Assembly (NCBI GenBank): GCA_934120015.1
Contig: CAKOTD010000001.1
Coordinates: forward strand, 64,836-128,835
Source: an uncultured Bacilli bacterium
GTDB taxonomy: Bacteria > Bacillota_I > Bacilli_A > RF39 > UBA660
Reading direction: 5' to 3'
DNA length: 64,000 bases
Positions 1 to 9,273 of the stretch are shown in pieces (positions within the stretch are counted from its first letter, which is position 1; the number at the start of each line of letters is the position of its first letter). Below the pieces are notes generated by a model, which worked only from the letters and a program-made list of their open reading frames with translations, was not told the DNA's origin and made no database searches. The translations under genes and the position numbers were made by a program.

Positions 1-39
1 CTATAAGTATTTGTCTTGCACAACTACTATTTATTTTCA
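1..39 (-). CDS. 5' end of an unknown CDS running off the left edge (partial)
   Basis: ATG at 39 (minus strand) is preceded by GAGGTG at suitable spacing. Only 13 codons (MKINSSCARQILI) lie inside the window. Confidence 0.3.
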
Positions 40-49
40 TATTAACACC

Positions 50-1123
50 TCAATTTCTAATTGTATCACTATTATTTATAACAAGAGTATTATACATAAT
101 TAATACATCTTGCTTTTTGAATTCAATATAATTATTTAACATACTAGATGGCATATATCTTAAATCTATAAGAGTAATTTTGGAATAACCGTCAAGTAGT
201 AATGGTGCAATTGTACTACCAAAAGAGTCTCTAAAAATAACCAATTCTTTATCTGTTTTACTTTTATTATTAGTTATTTCAATAAACGGTGTTGCACCAG
301 ATAGAAAGACATCATAAGAATCCATTGCCCCAAGTGAAGAAGTTTCATATATTGTGTTTAAATTGCTTTCATAATCATTTACAGTAGCACTATCTATAAC
401 ATCATTAGTTAAATAAACTAATTCATCTGCAATTCCTCCTAGAGCTGCTTGGCCATAATACACGCCATAAAAAGGATAATATGTATTTTTTTTATAATTT
501 TTGTTAACAGAAAAATCCATATTGAGTGCTATTTTATCTACCACTTTTCCTATTTTATCTTGTTTAAAATGAGTATCAGTTAAATAATAGTCTTCTAAAG
601 AAAGTTCTTTAGTAACATCAATATATTTCATGTTCTTTAAGCCATTATTAACTATATTAAATAATTCTTCATAATCTAATTTTAAATAATCATCATTTAA
701 ATAATAGTTTTTATCCGGAATAATTGTATAATACACATTCATACCTTTCAAATAGTTTTCATATAAATTATTCATCTTGTTAACAAAAGAATTTACACTT
801 TTTTCTTTTAAAGGATATTCTATTTTAAATATATAGTTATCTTTTACGAAAATATTATTATTATCTTTTTTTCTAAATAAAGATAGTTGAACATTAGCTT
901 TTATTTTTCTAAAATCATCCCTAAATGGAAATTGATCTAATAAATAATTTTCAAAATTATCCATAAAACTGCCATTCATAATATCATTATATTTTAACTT
1001 AGGCATTTTTGTTAGTTTTCTTCTCTCGGTCATTGAAATATTATTATCTTTAATAAAGATACCACATATAAAAATGCCAAAGATAATTAAGAAAAAAGAA
1101 ATAGATAAAATTTTATTCTTCAT
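50..1123 (-). CDS. Membrane-anchored AlgJ/AlgX/DHHW-type (SGNH-like) partner protein of the adjacent MBOAT
   Basis: 357-aa ORF with an N-terminal hydrophobic anchor (ILSISFFLIIFGIFICGIFI). It has a D-x-H motif in YYLTDTHFKQ and a Ser motif in VIFRDSFGS, as in AlgJ/AlgX/DHHW proteins. It starts 14 nt after the MBOAT stop. Family assigned from motif recall only. Confidence 0.6.
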   Translation of the reverse strand: MKNKILSISFFLIIFGIFICGIFIKDNNISMTERRKLTKMPKLKYNDIMNGSFMDNFENYLLDQFPFRDDFRKIKANVQLSLFRKKDNNNIFVKDNYIFKIEYPLKEKSVNSFVNKMNNLYENYLKGMNVYYTIIPDKNYYLNDDYLKLDYEELFNIVNNGLKNMKYIDVTKELSLEDYYLTDTHFKQDKIGKVVDKIALNMDFSVNKNYKKNTYYPFYGVYYGQAALGGIADELVYLTNDVIDSATVNDYESNLNTIYETSSLGAMDSYDVFLSGATPFIEITNNKSKTDKELVIFRDSFGSTIAPLLLDGYSKITLIDLRYMPSSMLNNYIEFKKQDVLIMYNTLVINNSDTIRN

Positions 1124-1137
1124 TTATTTACCTCCTT

Positions 1138-2538
1138 TTAAAATCTAAAATATAAGAACGGATTAAAAGATGCATCTATTAAAAATGCGGTTACTAATAG
1201 TAATAAACCCAGATAGTATATGACTTCTAAAATATCAATATATTTAGAAATTATAGTATTTTTTCTTAAAGCAGATATAACATTTTTACAGATTGGTGTT
1301 GCTGCTACTATAGATATTAATATAATAATCATATAACTTTTTAAATAATATAGAGTCTCAAAATTACTAAAAGGTAATTTATTAAATCCAAATAATGATT
1401 TCATGAAAGTTAATATATAGTTTAAGCTATCTGAATTAAATATAATAAAACTTATTATTACTAAAAAAAGTGTATATATATGTCCAAATATATGATGTTT
1501 ACCAAGAAAATCTTTTAGGAAAAACTTTTCAAGTAAAAGCAATATTCCAAAGAATAACCCCCAAATTATAAAGTTCCAGGCTGCACCATGCCAAAATCCT
1601 GTAAGTAGCCATACAACTAAAATATTCCTTATATGTTTAATTTTCCCGCAACGATTTCCTCCAAGAGGAATATATACATAATCCTTAAAAAAACTTGAAA
1701 GAGAAATGTGCCATCTTCTCCAAAAGTCTGTAATAGAAATTGCTACTAAAGGATAATTAAAGTTTTCAAGAAAATTAAATCCAAACATTTTACCAAGTCC
1801 TATAGCCATATCACTATAACCCGAGAAATCAAAATATATTTGTATGGTAAAGCAAATTGCAACTATAATATAAGCAAGTACACTCATATTAGATAATGAC
1901 ATCAATGTCGTGGCAAGGGAACCTATTTCATTAGCTATTAATACTTTCTTGCCAAGACCAATTATAAATCTTTTTACTCCTTCAGCAAATAAATCAAATG
2001 TAATTTTTCTATTTTTCAACTCATCTCTTATTGTAGAATATCTAACAATAGGCCCTGCTACTAATTGTGGAAACAAACATACATAGGTCGAAAAGGATAA
2101 TAAATTTCTATCTGCTTTTACTTTACCTTTATAAACATCTATTACATAACTTAATGTTTGGAAAGTAAAAAAACTAATTCCTATTGGCATAACTACATTA
2201 ATAACACTAATATTTGCTGAAAAGATATTATTTATATTATTAATGATAAAATTAGTATATTTAAAATATCCAAGTAAGGATAAATTAATAATAACTGATA
2301 ATATTAGATAAACTTTTGCTTTCTTTGTTTTAATATATTTTTCAACTAAAAGCCCAAAAATATAATTTATAATACATGAAAATATTAAAATAAATATATA
2401 TTTTGGTTCACCAGCAAAATAAAACAACAAGCTTGCTAATAACAATAATGTATTTTTAAATTTATTGGGAATGCAAAAATATAATAATAGTACTACTGGT
2501 AGAAAAAAATATAAAAAAGTTATACTAGAAAAGACCAT
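1138..2538 (-). CDS. MBOAT family O-acyltransferase (AlgI/PatA/DltB-like)
   Basis: 466-aa polytopic membrane ORF with the MBOAT signature region DFWRRWHISLSSFFKDYVYIPLGGNR and a later FWHGAAWNF. Confidence 0.9.
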   Translation of the reverse strand: MVFSSITFLYFFLPVVLLLYFCIPNKFKNTLLLLASLLFYFAGEPKYIFILIFSCIINYIFGLLVEKYIKTKKAKVYLILSVIINLSLLGYFKYTNFIINNINNIFSANISVINVVMPIGISFFTFQTLSYVIDVYKGKVKADRNLLSFSTYVCLFPQLVAGPIVRYSTIRDELKNRKITFDLFAEGVKRFIIGLGKKVLIANEIGSLATTLMSLSNMSVLAYIIVAICFTIQIYFDFSGYSDMAIGLGKMFGFNFLENFNYPLVAISITDFWRRWHISLSSFFKDYVYIPLGGNRCGKIKHIRNILVVWLLTGFWHGAAWNFIIWGLFFGILLLLEKFFLKDFLGKHHIFGHIYTLFLVIISFIIFNSDSLNYILTFMKSLFGFNKLPFSNFETLYYLKSYMIIILISIVAATPICKNVISALRKNTIISKYIDILEVIYYLGLLLLVTAFLIDASFNPFLYFRF

Positions 2539-2576
2539 ATAATCCTCCTTAACAAAAAGCCTTCATACGAAGACTT

Positions 2577-3038
2577 CTATAAATTATTAAAATTTTCAGC
2601 AATTTTATCAGCAGTGTCTTCAAATGACATTATTAAAATAATAACATTGCCTTTACTTTCAACAATTACCTTTTCTGCTTCAACACAAATCCATTTTCTA
2701 GGGTTTGCCTTCTGTTTAATTTCTTGTTTTACTTTTTCTACATCAGCATCAGATTTTAATCTAATAACTCCTACAGAATGAGGAACAGCATTCATCATTG
2801 CTTCAGATACTAGTGCTTCTTCAAAATCAATGTTTTCAGCCCCAAAAAAGTATGAAAAATTATCTTTGTCAACTGGCAGATTACTAACTGCAGGCAAATC
2901 ATCTTCCAATCCAGCATATACTTCAGAAATAATATCCTCCAAAGTCATATCTAAATTTTTACTTTTTTTACCACAGCCTGATAAAATCATTGTAAAAGAT
3001 AATAAAATCATACAACTTAAAAATAGTTTTTTCTTCAT
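2577..3038 (-). CDS. Lipoprotein, DUF4358-like
   Basis: I moved the start to MKKKLF, which follows AAGAGGG. The signal peptide has lipobox LSGC. The C-terminal region (VGVIRLKSDADVEKVKQEIKQKANPRKWICVEAEKVIVESKGNVIILIMS) looks like DUF4358 as I recall it. Confidence 0.55.
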   Translation of the reverse strand: MKKKLFLSCMILLSFTMILSGCGKKSKNLDMTLEDIISEVYAGLEDDLPAVSNLPVDKDNFSYFFGAENIDFEEALVSEAMMNAVPHSVGVIRLKSDADVEKVKQEIKQKANPRKWICVEAEKVIVESKGNVIILIMSFEDTADKIAENFNNL

Positions 3039-3091
3039 TATAAACCCTCTTTCCACCTATTATCTATACACTTATATTATAACATAATATA

Positions 3092-3120
3092 TAATAAAAA
3101 AAATGCTTTTAACGCATTTT
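3092..3120 (-). terminator. Rho-independent terminator after the 71-aa ORF
   Basis: Stem AAAATGC/GCATTTT (3100-3106 / 3114-3120) has a 7-nt loop. On the minus strand it is followed by a T-run. The hairpin overlaps the stop codon. Confidence 0.6.
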
Positions 3121-3324
3121 CTCATTTTTTTTATTTTTACTATTTAATGATTCTATAAAAGAAGCATATACTGGATCACTTAGTGCAGTTTCTTTTGTAA
3201 TTACACCCGATAGTAATGAATTAGATATTGATAAGATATAATTGACCTCAGTAGCACTATGCAACTGTATAGTATTTTTTTCAATTGCTGCCTTTAAATA
3301 ATTTAATACAGCCTCGTTTATCAT
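3109..3324 (-). CDS. Hypothetical small helical protein
   Basis: 71-aa ORF preceded by AAAGGGGA. I recognised no family. Confidence 0.5.
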   Translation of the reverse strand: MINEAVLNYLKAAIEKNTIQLHSATEVNYILSISNSLLSGVITKETALSDPVYASFIESLNSKNKKNEKMR

Positions 3325-3390
3325 ATTTTTCCCCTTTCTTGTTTAAAGTAATCAATATTATTACATATTAACATATAAAAGTCAATAACT

Positions 3391-4272
3391 TTATTTTTTC
3401 CTTAATTTTGATATAAAGAATCCTTCATATAATGAGTTTGGCTTTATACAATATGTTCCATTAATACAAGTTGGTAATAATGGTATACAATTAAACATAT
3501 TAGATTCCAAGGGAATTAATTCCACTAAATTTTTATCTATAAGCTTTTTTATTATATATTCATTTTCTTCTTTTAGTATAGAACAGGTAGAATATACTAA
3601 TATTCCGTCTTTTTTTAATAATTTAAGAGCTTTTAAAATTAATTTTTCTTGTAAACTAGTACAATTTTTAATAAGTTTTTCATTTATACATGTTTTTCCT
3701 TGTATTATTGTTCCACTACCACTACAAGGTGCATCAAGTAATATTTTATCAAAAGAGAAAAAATCATCAAGTTCCAATGCGTCACTATTTATTACACTAA
3801 TCTTTTTAGAACCTTGTTTATTAATATTATACTTTAATCTCTCACATCTAATTCTATTCTTTTCACAAGCGGTTATAAGTGCATTCCCATAAGATAAATT
3901 AGACATCTGTGTTGTTTTAGAACCAGGAGCAGCCGCCATATCTAAAATAGTTTCCCCTGGGTTGGGGTCAATAACAAGTGGTGGAATCATTGATGATAAA
4001 CTTTGCAAATATATTTCTCCATTTTCATAAATAGAAAGGCTAGTCAGTTTATTATGACCATCTTCTATTACTAGAGCATCATCATACCAGGGAACATCCT
4101 TACAAATAATATTATTTTCATTTAATGTTTTTTTTATAATTTCCTTTGTAGTTTTCAAAGTATTAACCCTAATTGTTGTGCTTCGAGAACTTTTAAAACC
4201 TTCTATTATCTTGTTAGTACTATCCATCCCATATTGCTCACTTAATTTTTTAATAAGAAAGTCTGGTATCAC
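3391..4272 (-). CDS. RsmB/NOP2/Sun-family RNA m5C methyltransferase
   Basis: SAM motif [11 protein letters not shown] and catalytic-Cys motifs DAPCSGSG and YSTCS. Its start overlaps the miaB stop by 1 nt. Confidence 0.85.
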   Translation of the reverse strand: MIPDFLIKKLSEQYGMDSTNKIIEGFKSSRSTTIRVNTLKTTKEIIKKTLNENNIICKDVPWYDDALVIEDGHNKLTSLSIYENGEIYLQSLSSMIPPLVIDPNPGETILDMAAAPGSKTTQMSNLSYGNALITACEKNRIRCERLKYNINKQGSKKISVINSDALELDDFFSFDKILLDAPCSGSGTIIQGKTCINEKLIKNCTSLQEKLILKALKLLKKDGILVYSTCSILKEENEYIIKKLIDKNLVELIPLESNMFNCIPLLPTCINGTYCIKPNSLYEGFFISKLRKK

Positions 4273-5690
4273 TATACAATTTCTCCATCCATACTCCAGG
4301 TTTTAACAGCTGTAATTTTAACATTTACTATTTGACCAATATATTCTTCAGATCCCTTTATATTAACAAGTTTCATGGTTTCTGTATAACCCATTAAATA
4401 ATTATTATTTTTATCACTATATCCTTCAATTAGGACCTTAACATTTTTTCCAAGGTAAATATCATTTCTTTCTTTTGAATATTTATTTACTAATTCATTT
4501 AATTTATATAATCTCTGATTCTTTTCATCCAAAGAAACATTATCAATCATCTTTTCAGCTGGAGTACCTTTTCTAGGTGAAAAGATAAAAGTAAAAGCCG
4601 AATCATACTTACACCTATTTACAACATCTAAGGTATCTTCAAAATCTTTTTCATCCTCTCCAGGAAAACCTACAATAATATCTGTAGTAAGAGCACAATT
4701 AGGAATTTTGGTTTTAATCTTATCAACCAATTCTAAATAACTTTCTTTTGTATATCTTCTTCCCATAGATTTAAGAATTTTATCTGAACCACTCTGCAAT
4801 GGTAAATGAATATATGGCATTATGTTTGAATATTTAGAAATAATATCTATCATGTCATCATTAAAATCCCATGGATGACTTGTCACGAATCTTACTCTTT
4901 CTATTCCAGTTTTGGCAACATCTTCAAGTAAATTAGCCATATCATATGATATATTTAAGTCTTTACCATAAGCATTAACATTTTGTCCAAGTAATGTTAC
5001 TTCTTTATATCCGTTTTCCTTTAGATTTTTTACTTCATTAATTATATGTTCAGGAAGTCTACTTCTTTGTTTACCCCTTGTATATGGAACTATGCAATAA
5101 GTACAGAATTTATCACAACCATACATAATATTAACCCAAGCTTTATATTTACTATCTCTTTTTGTAGGAATATTTTCAATAACATTACCTTCTATACTAT
5201 AAACTTCTATTTCTTGTTTTCTTTTTTTGATACTTTTTGCAAGAATATTAGGTAAGTTATACAAATTATGTGTACCAAACACAATATCTACATACTCATG
5301 TTTTTGTATTATTTCATTTACAACACTTTCCTCTTGTGCCATGCATCCGCACAAACCAATAATAAGGTTCTTCTTTGATTCTTTTAGATGTTTTAATCGT
5401 CCAAGCATTCCAAAGGCTTTATTATGAGCATTTTCACGAATAGCACATGTATTTAAAATAGCAACATCCGCATTCTCCATACTATCAGTTTCTGAAAACC
5501 CCATATCCTCTAATATGGCTTTAATATTTTCACTATCGTGTTCATTCATTTGACAACCATAAGTTTTTACAAAATATTTTTTGTTTATTCCAATTTTCCT
5601 TAATTCGTCATCTATAATATATTTATCTAGCAAAACATTAACATCATTTTTACTTCTTTTATGTGCTTCTTTTAAACAAGGTACCTGCAT
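4272..5690 (-). CDS. miaB: tRNA-i6A37 methylthiotransferase MiaB
   Basis: N-terminal UPF0004 Cys triad context (TYGCQMN, NTCAIRE, GLCGCMAQ). Radical-SAM motif CDKFCTYCIVP. C-terminal TRAM-like domain. Confidence 0.9.
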   Translation of the reverse strand: MQVPCLKEAHKRSKNDVNVLLDKYIIDDELRKIGINKKYFVKTYGCQMNEHDSENIKAILEDMGFSETDSMENADVAILNTCAIRENAHNKAFGMLGRLKHLKESKKNLIIGLCGCMAQEESVVNEIIQKHEYVDIVFGTHNLYNLPNILAKSIKKRKQEIEVYSIEGNVIENIPTKRDSKYKAWVNIMYGCDKFCTYCIVPYTRGKQRSRLPEHIINEVKNLKENGYKEVTLLGQNVNAYGKDLNISYDMANLLEDVAKTGIERVRFVTSHPWDFNDDMIDIISKYSNIMPYIHLPLQSGSDKILKSMGRRYTKESYLELVDKIKTKIPNCALTTDIIVGFPGEDEKDFEDTLDVVNRCKYDSAFTFIFSPRKGTPAEKMIDNVSLDEKNQRLYKLNELVNKYSKERNDIYLGKNVKVLIEGYSDKNNNYLMGYTETMKLVNIKGSEEYIGQIVNVKITAVKTWSMDGEIV

Positions 5691-5744
5691 AAAATCACTC
5701 TTTTCTACCTATAAATAATAACATATATGTCATAATAAAGCAAG

Positions 5745-5768
5745 AAAAAGAAGGATTATTATCCTTCA
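5745..5768 (-). terminator. Terminator hairpin overlapping the stop of the 229-aa coiled-coil gene
   Basis: GAAGGAT-TATT-ATCCTTC is a perfect 7-bp stem. On the minus strand it is followed by TTTTTC. Confidence 0.55.
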
Positions 5769-6448
5769 CTAATTTTATCCATTCCAACAGTAAATTGAGA
5801 TACCAAATCATTAAATCTTGATAAATTAGCAGTCAATTCATTCTTATCACTATCATACTTAATTCTATCAAGTTCTAATTGTCTCTTTTCTTCTTCAACT
5901 TGTTCCCTTTCAACACGAATTTTATTTTCCTGTTCATCAAGTTCAGCCTTTTTAGAGTTATATTCCTTTGTATTATTCTCTTTTTCTATCAAAAGCTTGT
6001 TATATTCTTCCTTTTTAGTCTCCTCAAATGCACTTTTAGCTTCATCTAAAGCTTGTTGAGATGATTTTAGCTTTTCTATTTCTTGTTCAATTTCAGTTTT
6101 CCTTGTTTTAAGTTTTTGATATACTTCATCTTTATATTTATTTAATTTGGCATAATCAGCATTTTTCTTGTCTTCATGTTCTTTTTCGGCTAAAGAAAGA
6201 GCTACTTCTCTTTCCTCTAATGATCTTTTTAATTCAATATTCTTTTGAAATATATTAGTTGCTTCTTTAACATTATTATTTGCAACTTGAAAAATATCAT
6301 TTATAGATGGAACTGTTGTTTCTACAGGAGATGCCTCAAGATTAATTTCTTCTACCTGTGGAATATCTACAATTATAGAATCATTACTTTTTGTAGCATC
6401 AAATTCAACACTATCGTTATTTTGATTATTCTTAATTTCTTCTTCCAT
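5759..6448 (-). CDS. Acidic coiled-coil protein, paralog B (unknown function)
   Basis: 229 aa. The N-terminus is acidic and low-complexity. A long K/E-rich heptad-like region follows. The C-terminus is SRFNDLVSQFTVGMDKISEG. There is no TM segment. Confidence 0.7.
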   Translation of the reverse strand: MEEEIKNNQNNDSVEFDATKSNDSIIVDIPQVEEINLEASPVETTVPSINDIFQVANNNVKEATNIFQKNIELKRSLEEREVALSLAEKEHEDKKNADYAKLNKYKDEVYQKLKTRKTEIEQEIEKLKSSQQALDEAKSAFEETKKEEYNKLLIEKENNTKEYNSKKAELDEQENKIRVEREQVEEEKRQLELDRIKYDSDKNELTANLSRFNDLVSQFTVGMDKISEG

Positions 6449-6457
6449 AGCTACCTC

Positions 6458-7513
6458 CTATTTATCACTAGGTAATTGTTCAAAACCAGAATTAAACTGA
6501 GATACTAATTCTTTAAATCTTGCACAACTTTGTGATAAGTTCTTTTCCTCTAAATCAAGTTTTTTCTGTTCTAATTCTTTATATTTAGTGAATTGTTCTT
6601 GTTGCATTTGTAATTCTTTTTGTCCCTGACTAATTAAATTTTCAGATAGATTTTTGTCAATATTAAATTGTTCAATATCTCTATTTAATTTTTCTCTTTC
6701 ATTTTTAATTTTTTCAAGTTCAATCTTATTTTGTTCTTCAAAATTGCTTTTTTCAGCTTCAAACTTTTCTCTCTCTAAATTCAATGATTGTTCTAACAAA
6801 GATAATTCTGTCTTTTTAGCCTCTGAAATCTCATTAAATTTTGCTTCTTCTGTGTGTAATCTTGCTCTTTTAGACTCAATAAAACTTGCAGCTTGACTTT
6901 TTTCACTTTCTATTGCCTTTTTCTGAACTTCAACAAAATTACGGAAATCTTCTTTTTCTTTCTCAAATTTTTCTTTAAAATCAGCAAGCAATTGTTCATT
7001 CTTACTTAATGAGCTTTTCTTTTCTATTAAGTTTGTTATAAGATCATTAGCTCCAGCAACATCATTATATAAGCTATCAAATAATACATCAAAATTTGAT
7101 AAAACATAACTGTCATCTAATTCATCTTTTTTTGAGTTTGAAACTGAAATTTTTTCAGGATTAAAATTTTCGATTGCTTCATCAATTTTTTCACTACTAT
7201 TTATATCTTGTTTATTATCTGGTTCGTTTTTGCTTTCTAACTCTAAATTCTCTTTTTTTTCTTCTTGTACTATAGCAGGAATAGCTTGCTCAGTATTTAC
7301 ATTATCATTTATACCATTATCTGTATTTGGTACATTAATAATATTTTTATCCCCTGTACTGCCTTCATCCAATCCATCAAAATCTAGGTTAACTAAATCT
7401 TGATCAAAAAAATCATCTGCAATTTCCTCACCTGATAATGATAAATTGTTAGAATCAAAAGCAATATTAGGATTTTTTTCCATTTCTAATACTTCTAAAT
7501 TTTCATTATTCAT
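6458..7513 (-). CDS. Acidic coiled-coil protein, paralog A (unknown function)
   Basis: 351 aa. An acidic, probably disordered N-terminal half is followed by a coiled coil. The C-terminus is ARFKELVSQFNSGFEQLPSDK. The next gene starts 9 nt downstream and has GGAGG. Confidence 0.7.
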   Translation of the reverse strand: MNNENLEVLEMEKNPNIAFDSNNLSLSGEEIADDFFDQDLVNLDFDGLDEGSTGDKNIINVPNTDNGINDNVNTEQAIPAIVQEEKKENLELESKNEPDNKQDINSSEKIDEAIENFNPEKISVSNSKKDELDDSYVLSNFDVLFDSLYNDVAGANDLITNLIEKKSSLSKNEQLLADFKEKFEKEKEDFRNFVEVQKKAIESEKSQAASFIESKRARLHTEEAKFNEISEAKKTELSLLEQSLNLEREKFEAEKSNFEEQNKIELEKIKNEREKLNRDIEQFNIDKNLSENLISQGQKELQMQQEQFTKYKELEQKKLDLEEKNLSQSCARFKELVSQFNSGFEQLPSDK

Positions 7514-7686
7514 AATAATTCCCCTTTACTCTCATAAATCTAAGTAGTACACAATCACACTACCCTAATATACAAATAGTATACCATGTATTAAAAAAAA
7601 ATAAAAGTATTTTTTTCAAATTTATATATTTTTTTAGCTACATCAGATTTTACTAAATATATAAAATATATTAAGAGGTGTTTTAT

Positions 7687-8004
7687 ATGGATTTAATCAA
7701 AACTATTTTTGTTGAACATGGTTATGAATTTATCATGTTTATATTTACTGGTGTAGCAACCTGGATAGGAACTATTTATAGAAAATACATTAATACTAAA
7801 CAAAAAAAGGAAATTGTAGAAGCAACTGTTAAATATGTAGAACAAATAGGTACAAACTTGATTAGTGAAGAAAAATTAAAAAAAGCAAAAGAAAAAGCGC
7901 TCGAATGGTTAAAAGAATGTAACTTAAAAATATCTGATACAGAACTTGAAATATTAATAGAGAGCACCGTAAATAGTTTTAAAAACGGAAAAAGCATTTC
8001 ATAA
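7687..8004 (+). CDS. Small membrane protein resembling LL-H-family phage holins
   Basis: I moved the start to ATG 7687 (MDLIK), 8 nt after AGAGG. It has one N-terminal TM segment (FIMFIFTGVATWIGTIY) and then a charged helical tail (VEATVKYVEQIG...ELEILIESTV). That layout matches Holin_LLH as I recall it. Not verified. Confidence 0.45.
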   Translation: MDLIKTIFVEHGYEFIMFIFTGVATWIGTIYRKYINTKQKKEIVEATVKYVEQIGTNLISEEKLKKAKEKALEWLKECNLKISDTELEILIESTVNSFKNGKSIS

Positions 8005-8014
8005 ATGCTTTTTC
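7988..8014. terminator. Bidirectional terminator shared by convergent genes
   Basis: Perfect 12-bp stem GAAAAAGCATTT / AAATGCTTTTTC with a 3-nt loop. T-runs follow on both strands. Both stop codons (TAA 8002-8004 plus; TGA 7999-8001 minus) lie inside it. Confidence 0.7.
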
Positions 8015-9273
8015 TTTTTTATTATAAATGATACCCCACTTTTCATATTTTTTATTGTTATATCATAACCACAAAGAATAAGTGTTTTTTTTACAATGGA
8101 CAAACCTAAACCAAATTGTCCATTAATACCTTTTTTATATGGTGTATATATATCATCTAATATATTTTCATTAATATTAGACCCATCATTATAAAAAATA
8201 ATTTGCTCATCTTTTATAGTAATTTTAATTAATTTATCCGCATATCTAAGAAAATTACTAAGTATATTTTCTATAATAGCTTCCCACATATTAATACTTC
8301 CATTAAACAAAGCATTTCCTTTTAAATATATTTTAAAATTGACATCAGGCCTTTGTAATTTAAATTTCTTAGTTAAATCATTAAGTATAAAAGATATATT
8401 TGTTGTTTCTTCTGTAACAATTTCTTGCTCCCTAATATACATTAATTTATTTAAATAAAGTAGGGAATGCACCTTATTTTCTAGTTTTTGCACTTCTTCT
8501 TTAATGACAGTATATGTAGTTTCAACACCCTCTATTCCATCATCATAAGCTTCTAAATACGATTTAATAACGGTAAGAGGTGTCTTAAAATCATGTGAAA
8601 TATTTTGGTACATTTGGTTTTTATATTCTTCTTGTTTTTTTAACGTAATCTTCATGTTATCAATTGCATCTGATAGTATTTTTAGTTCATCATCATTAGA
8701 AATTTTATTTTTGGGTATATAATTATCATTATCTAAATTATCAACTTTTTCTTTAAGAAAATTTATTTTTGAAATAAGTCCTTTAAACCAAAGAATTATC
8801 AAAACAAAAATTATGATGAAAACAATTAATAGAACAGGAAAGATAGTTGACAATATATCTTTTCTTATTTGTCTTATATAACTATCATCTGTTATAGATA
8901 AAGTAAAGCCACCATCAATATTATACATATAATAATAGTACATTTTATTATTATATTTAAATTTACCATAACTAGAATCTTTTACTTTTTCAATAACATC
9001 AATTGGTTGTAAGGAAATAACCTTGTCAAAATTTTCAGAAATTACTATATCACTATATTCATTAAAGAAAAGATAAGCAACCTCAGACTTTAACTCCTGA
9101 TCATCAACATCATATTTTACAAAATCTAATGGTTGTCTCAAATACTTGTAAATATTTTTTTCATATACAGGAAGTAAGTTTTTAGGAAGAAATATTCCAA
9201 GACTGATAAAAGTTACACCAAAGATAATTATAACAATAGAAATTAATTGCCTATATAAACTAAAATGTTTCAT
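7999..9273 (-). CDS. Sensor histidine kinase (two TM segments, extracytoplasmic loop)
   Basis: H-box ISHDFKTPLT. ATPase N/G-box regions (NILSNFLRYA, FYNDGSNI, GLGLSIVKK). It overlaps the response-regulator stop by 4 nt. Confidence 0.85.
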   Translation of the reverse strand: MKHFSLYRQLISIVIIIFGVTFISLGIFLPKNLLPVYEKNIYKYLRQPLDFVKYDVDDQELKSEVAYLFFNEYSDIVISENFDKVISLQPIDVIEKVKDSSYGKFKYNNKMYYYYMYNIDGGFTLSITDDSYIRQIRKDILSTIFPVLLIVFIIIFVLIILWFKGLISKINFLKEKVDNLDNDNYIPKNKISNDDELKILSDAIDNMKITLKKQEEYKNQMYQNISHDFKTPLTVIKSYLEAYDDGIEGVETTYTVIKEEVQKLENKVHSLLYLNKLMYIREQEIVTEETTNISFILNDLTKKFKLQRPDVNFKIYLKGNALFNGSINMWEAIIENILSNFLRYADKLIKITIKDEQIIFYNDGSNINENILDDIYTPYKKGINGQFGLGLSIVKKTLILCGYDITIKNMKSGVSFIIKKKKHL

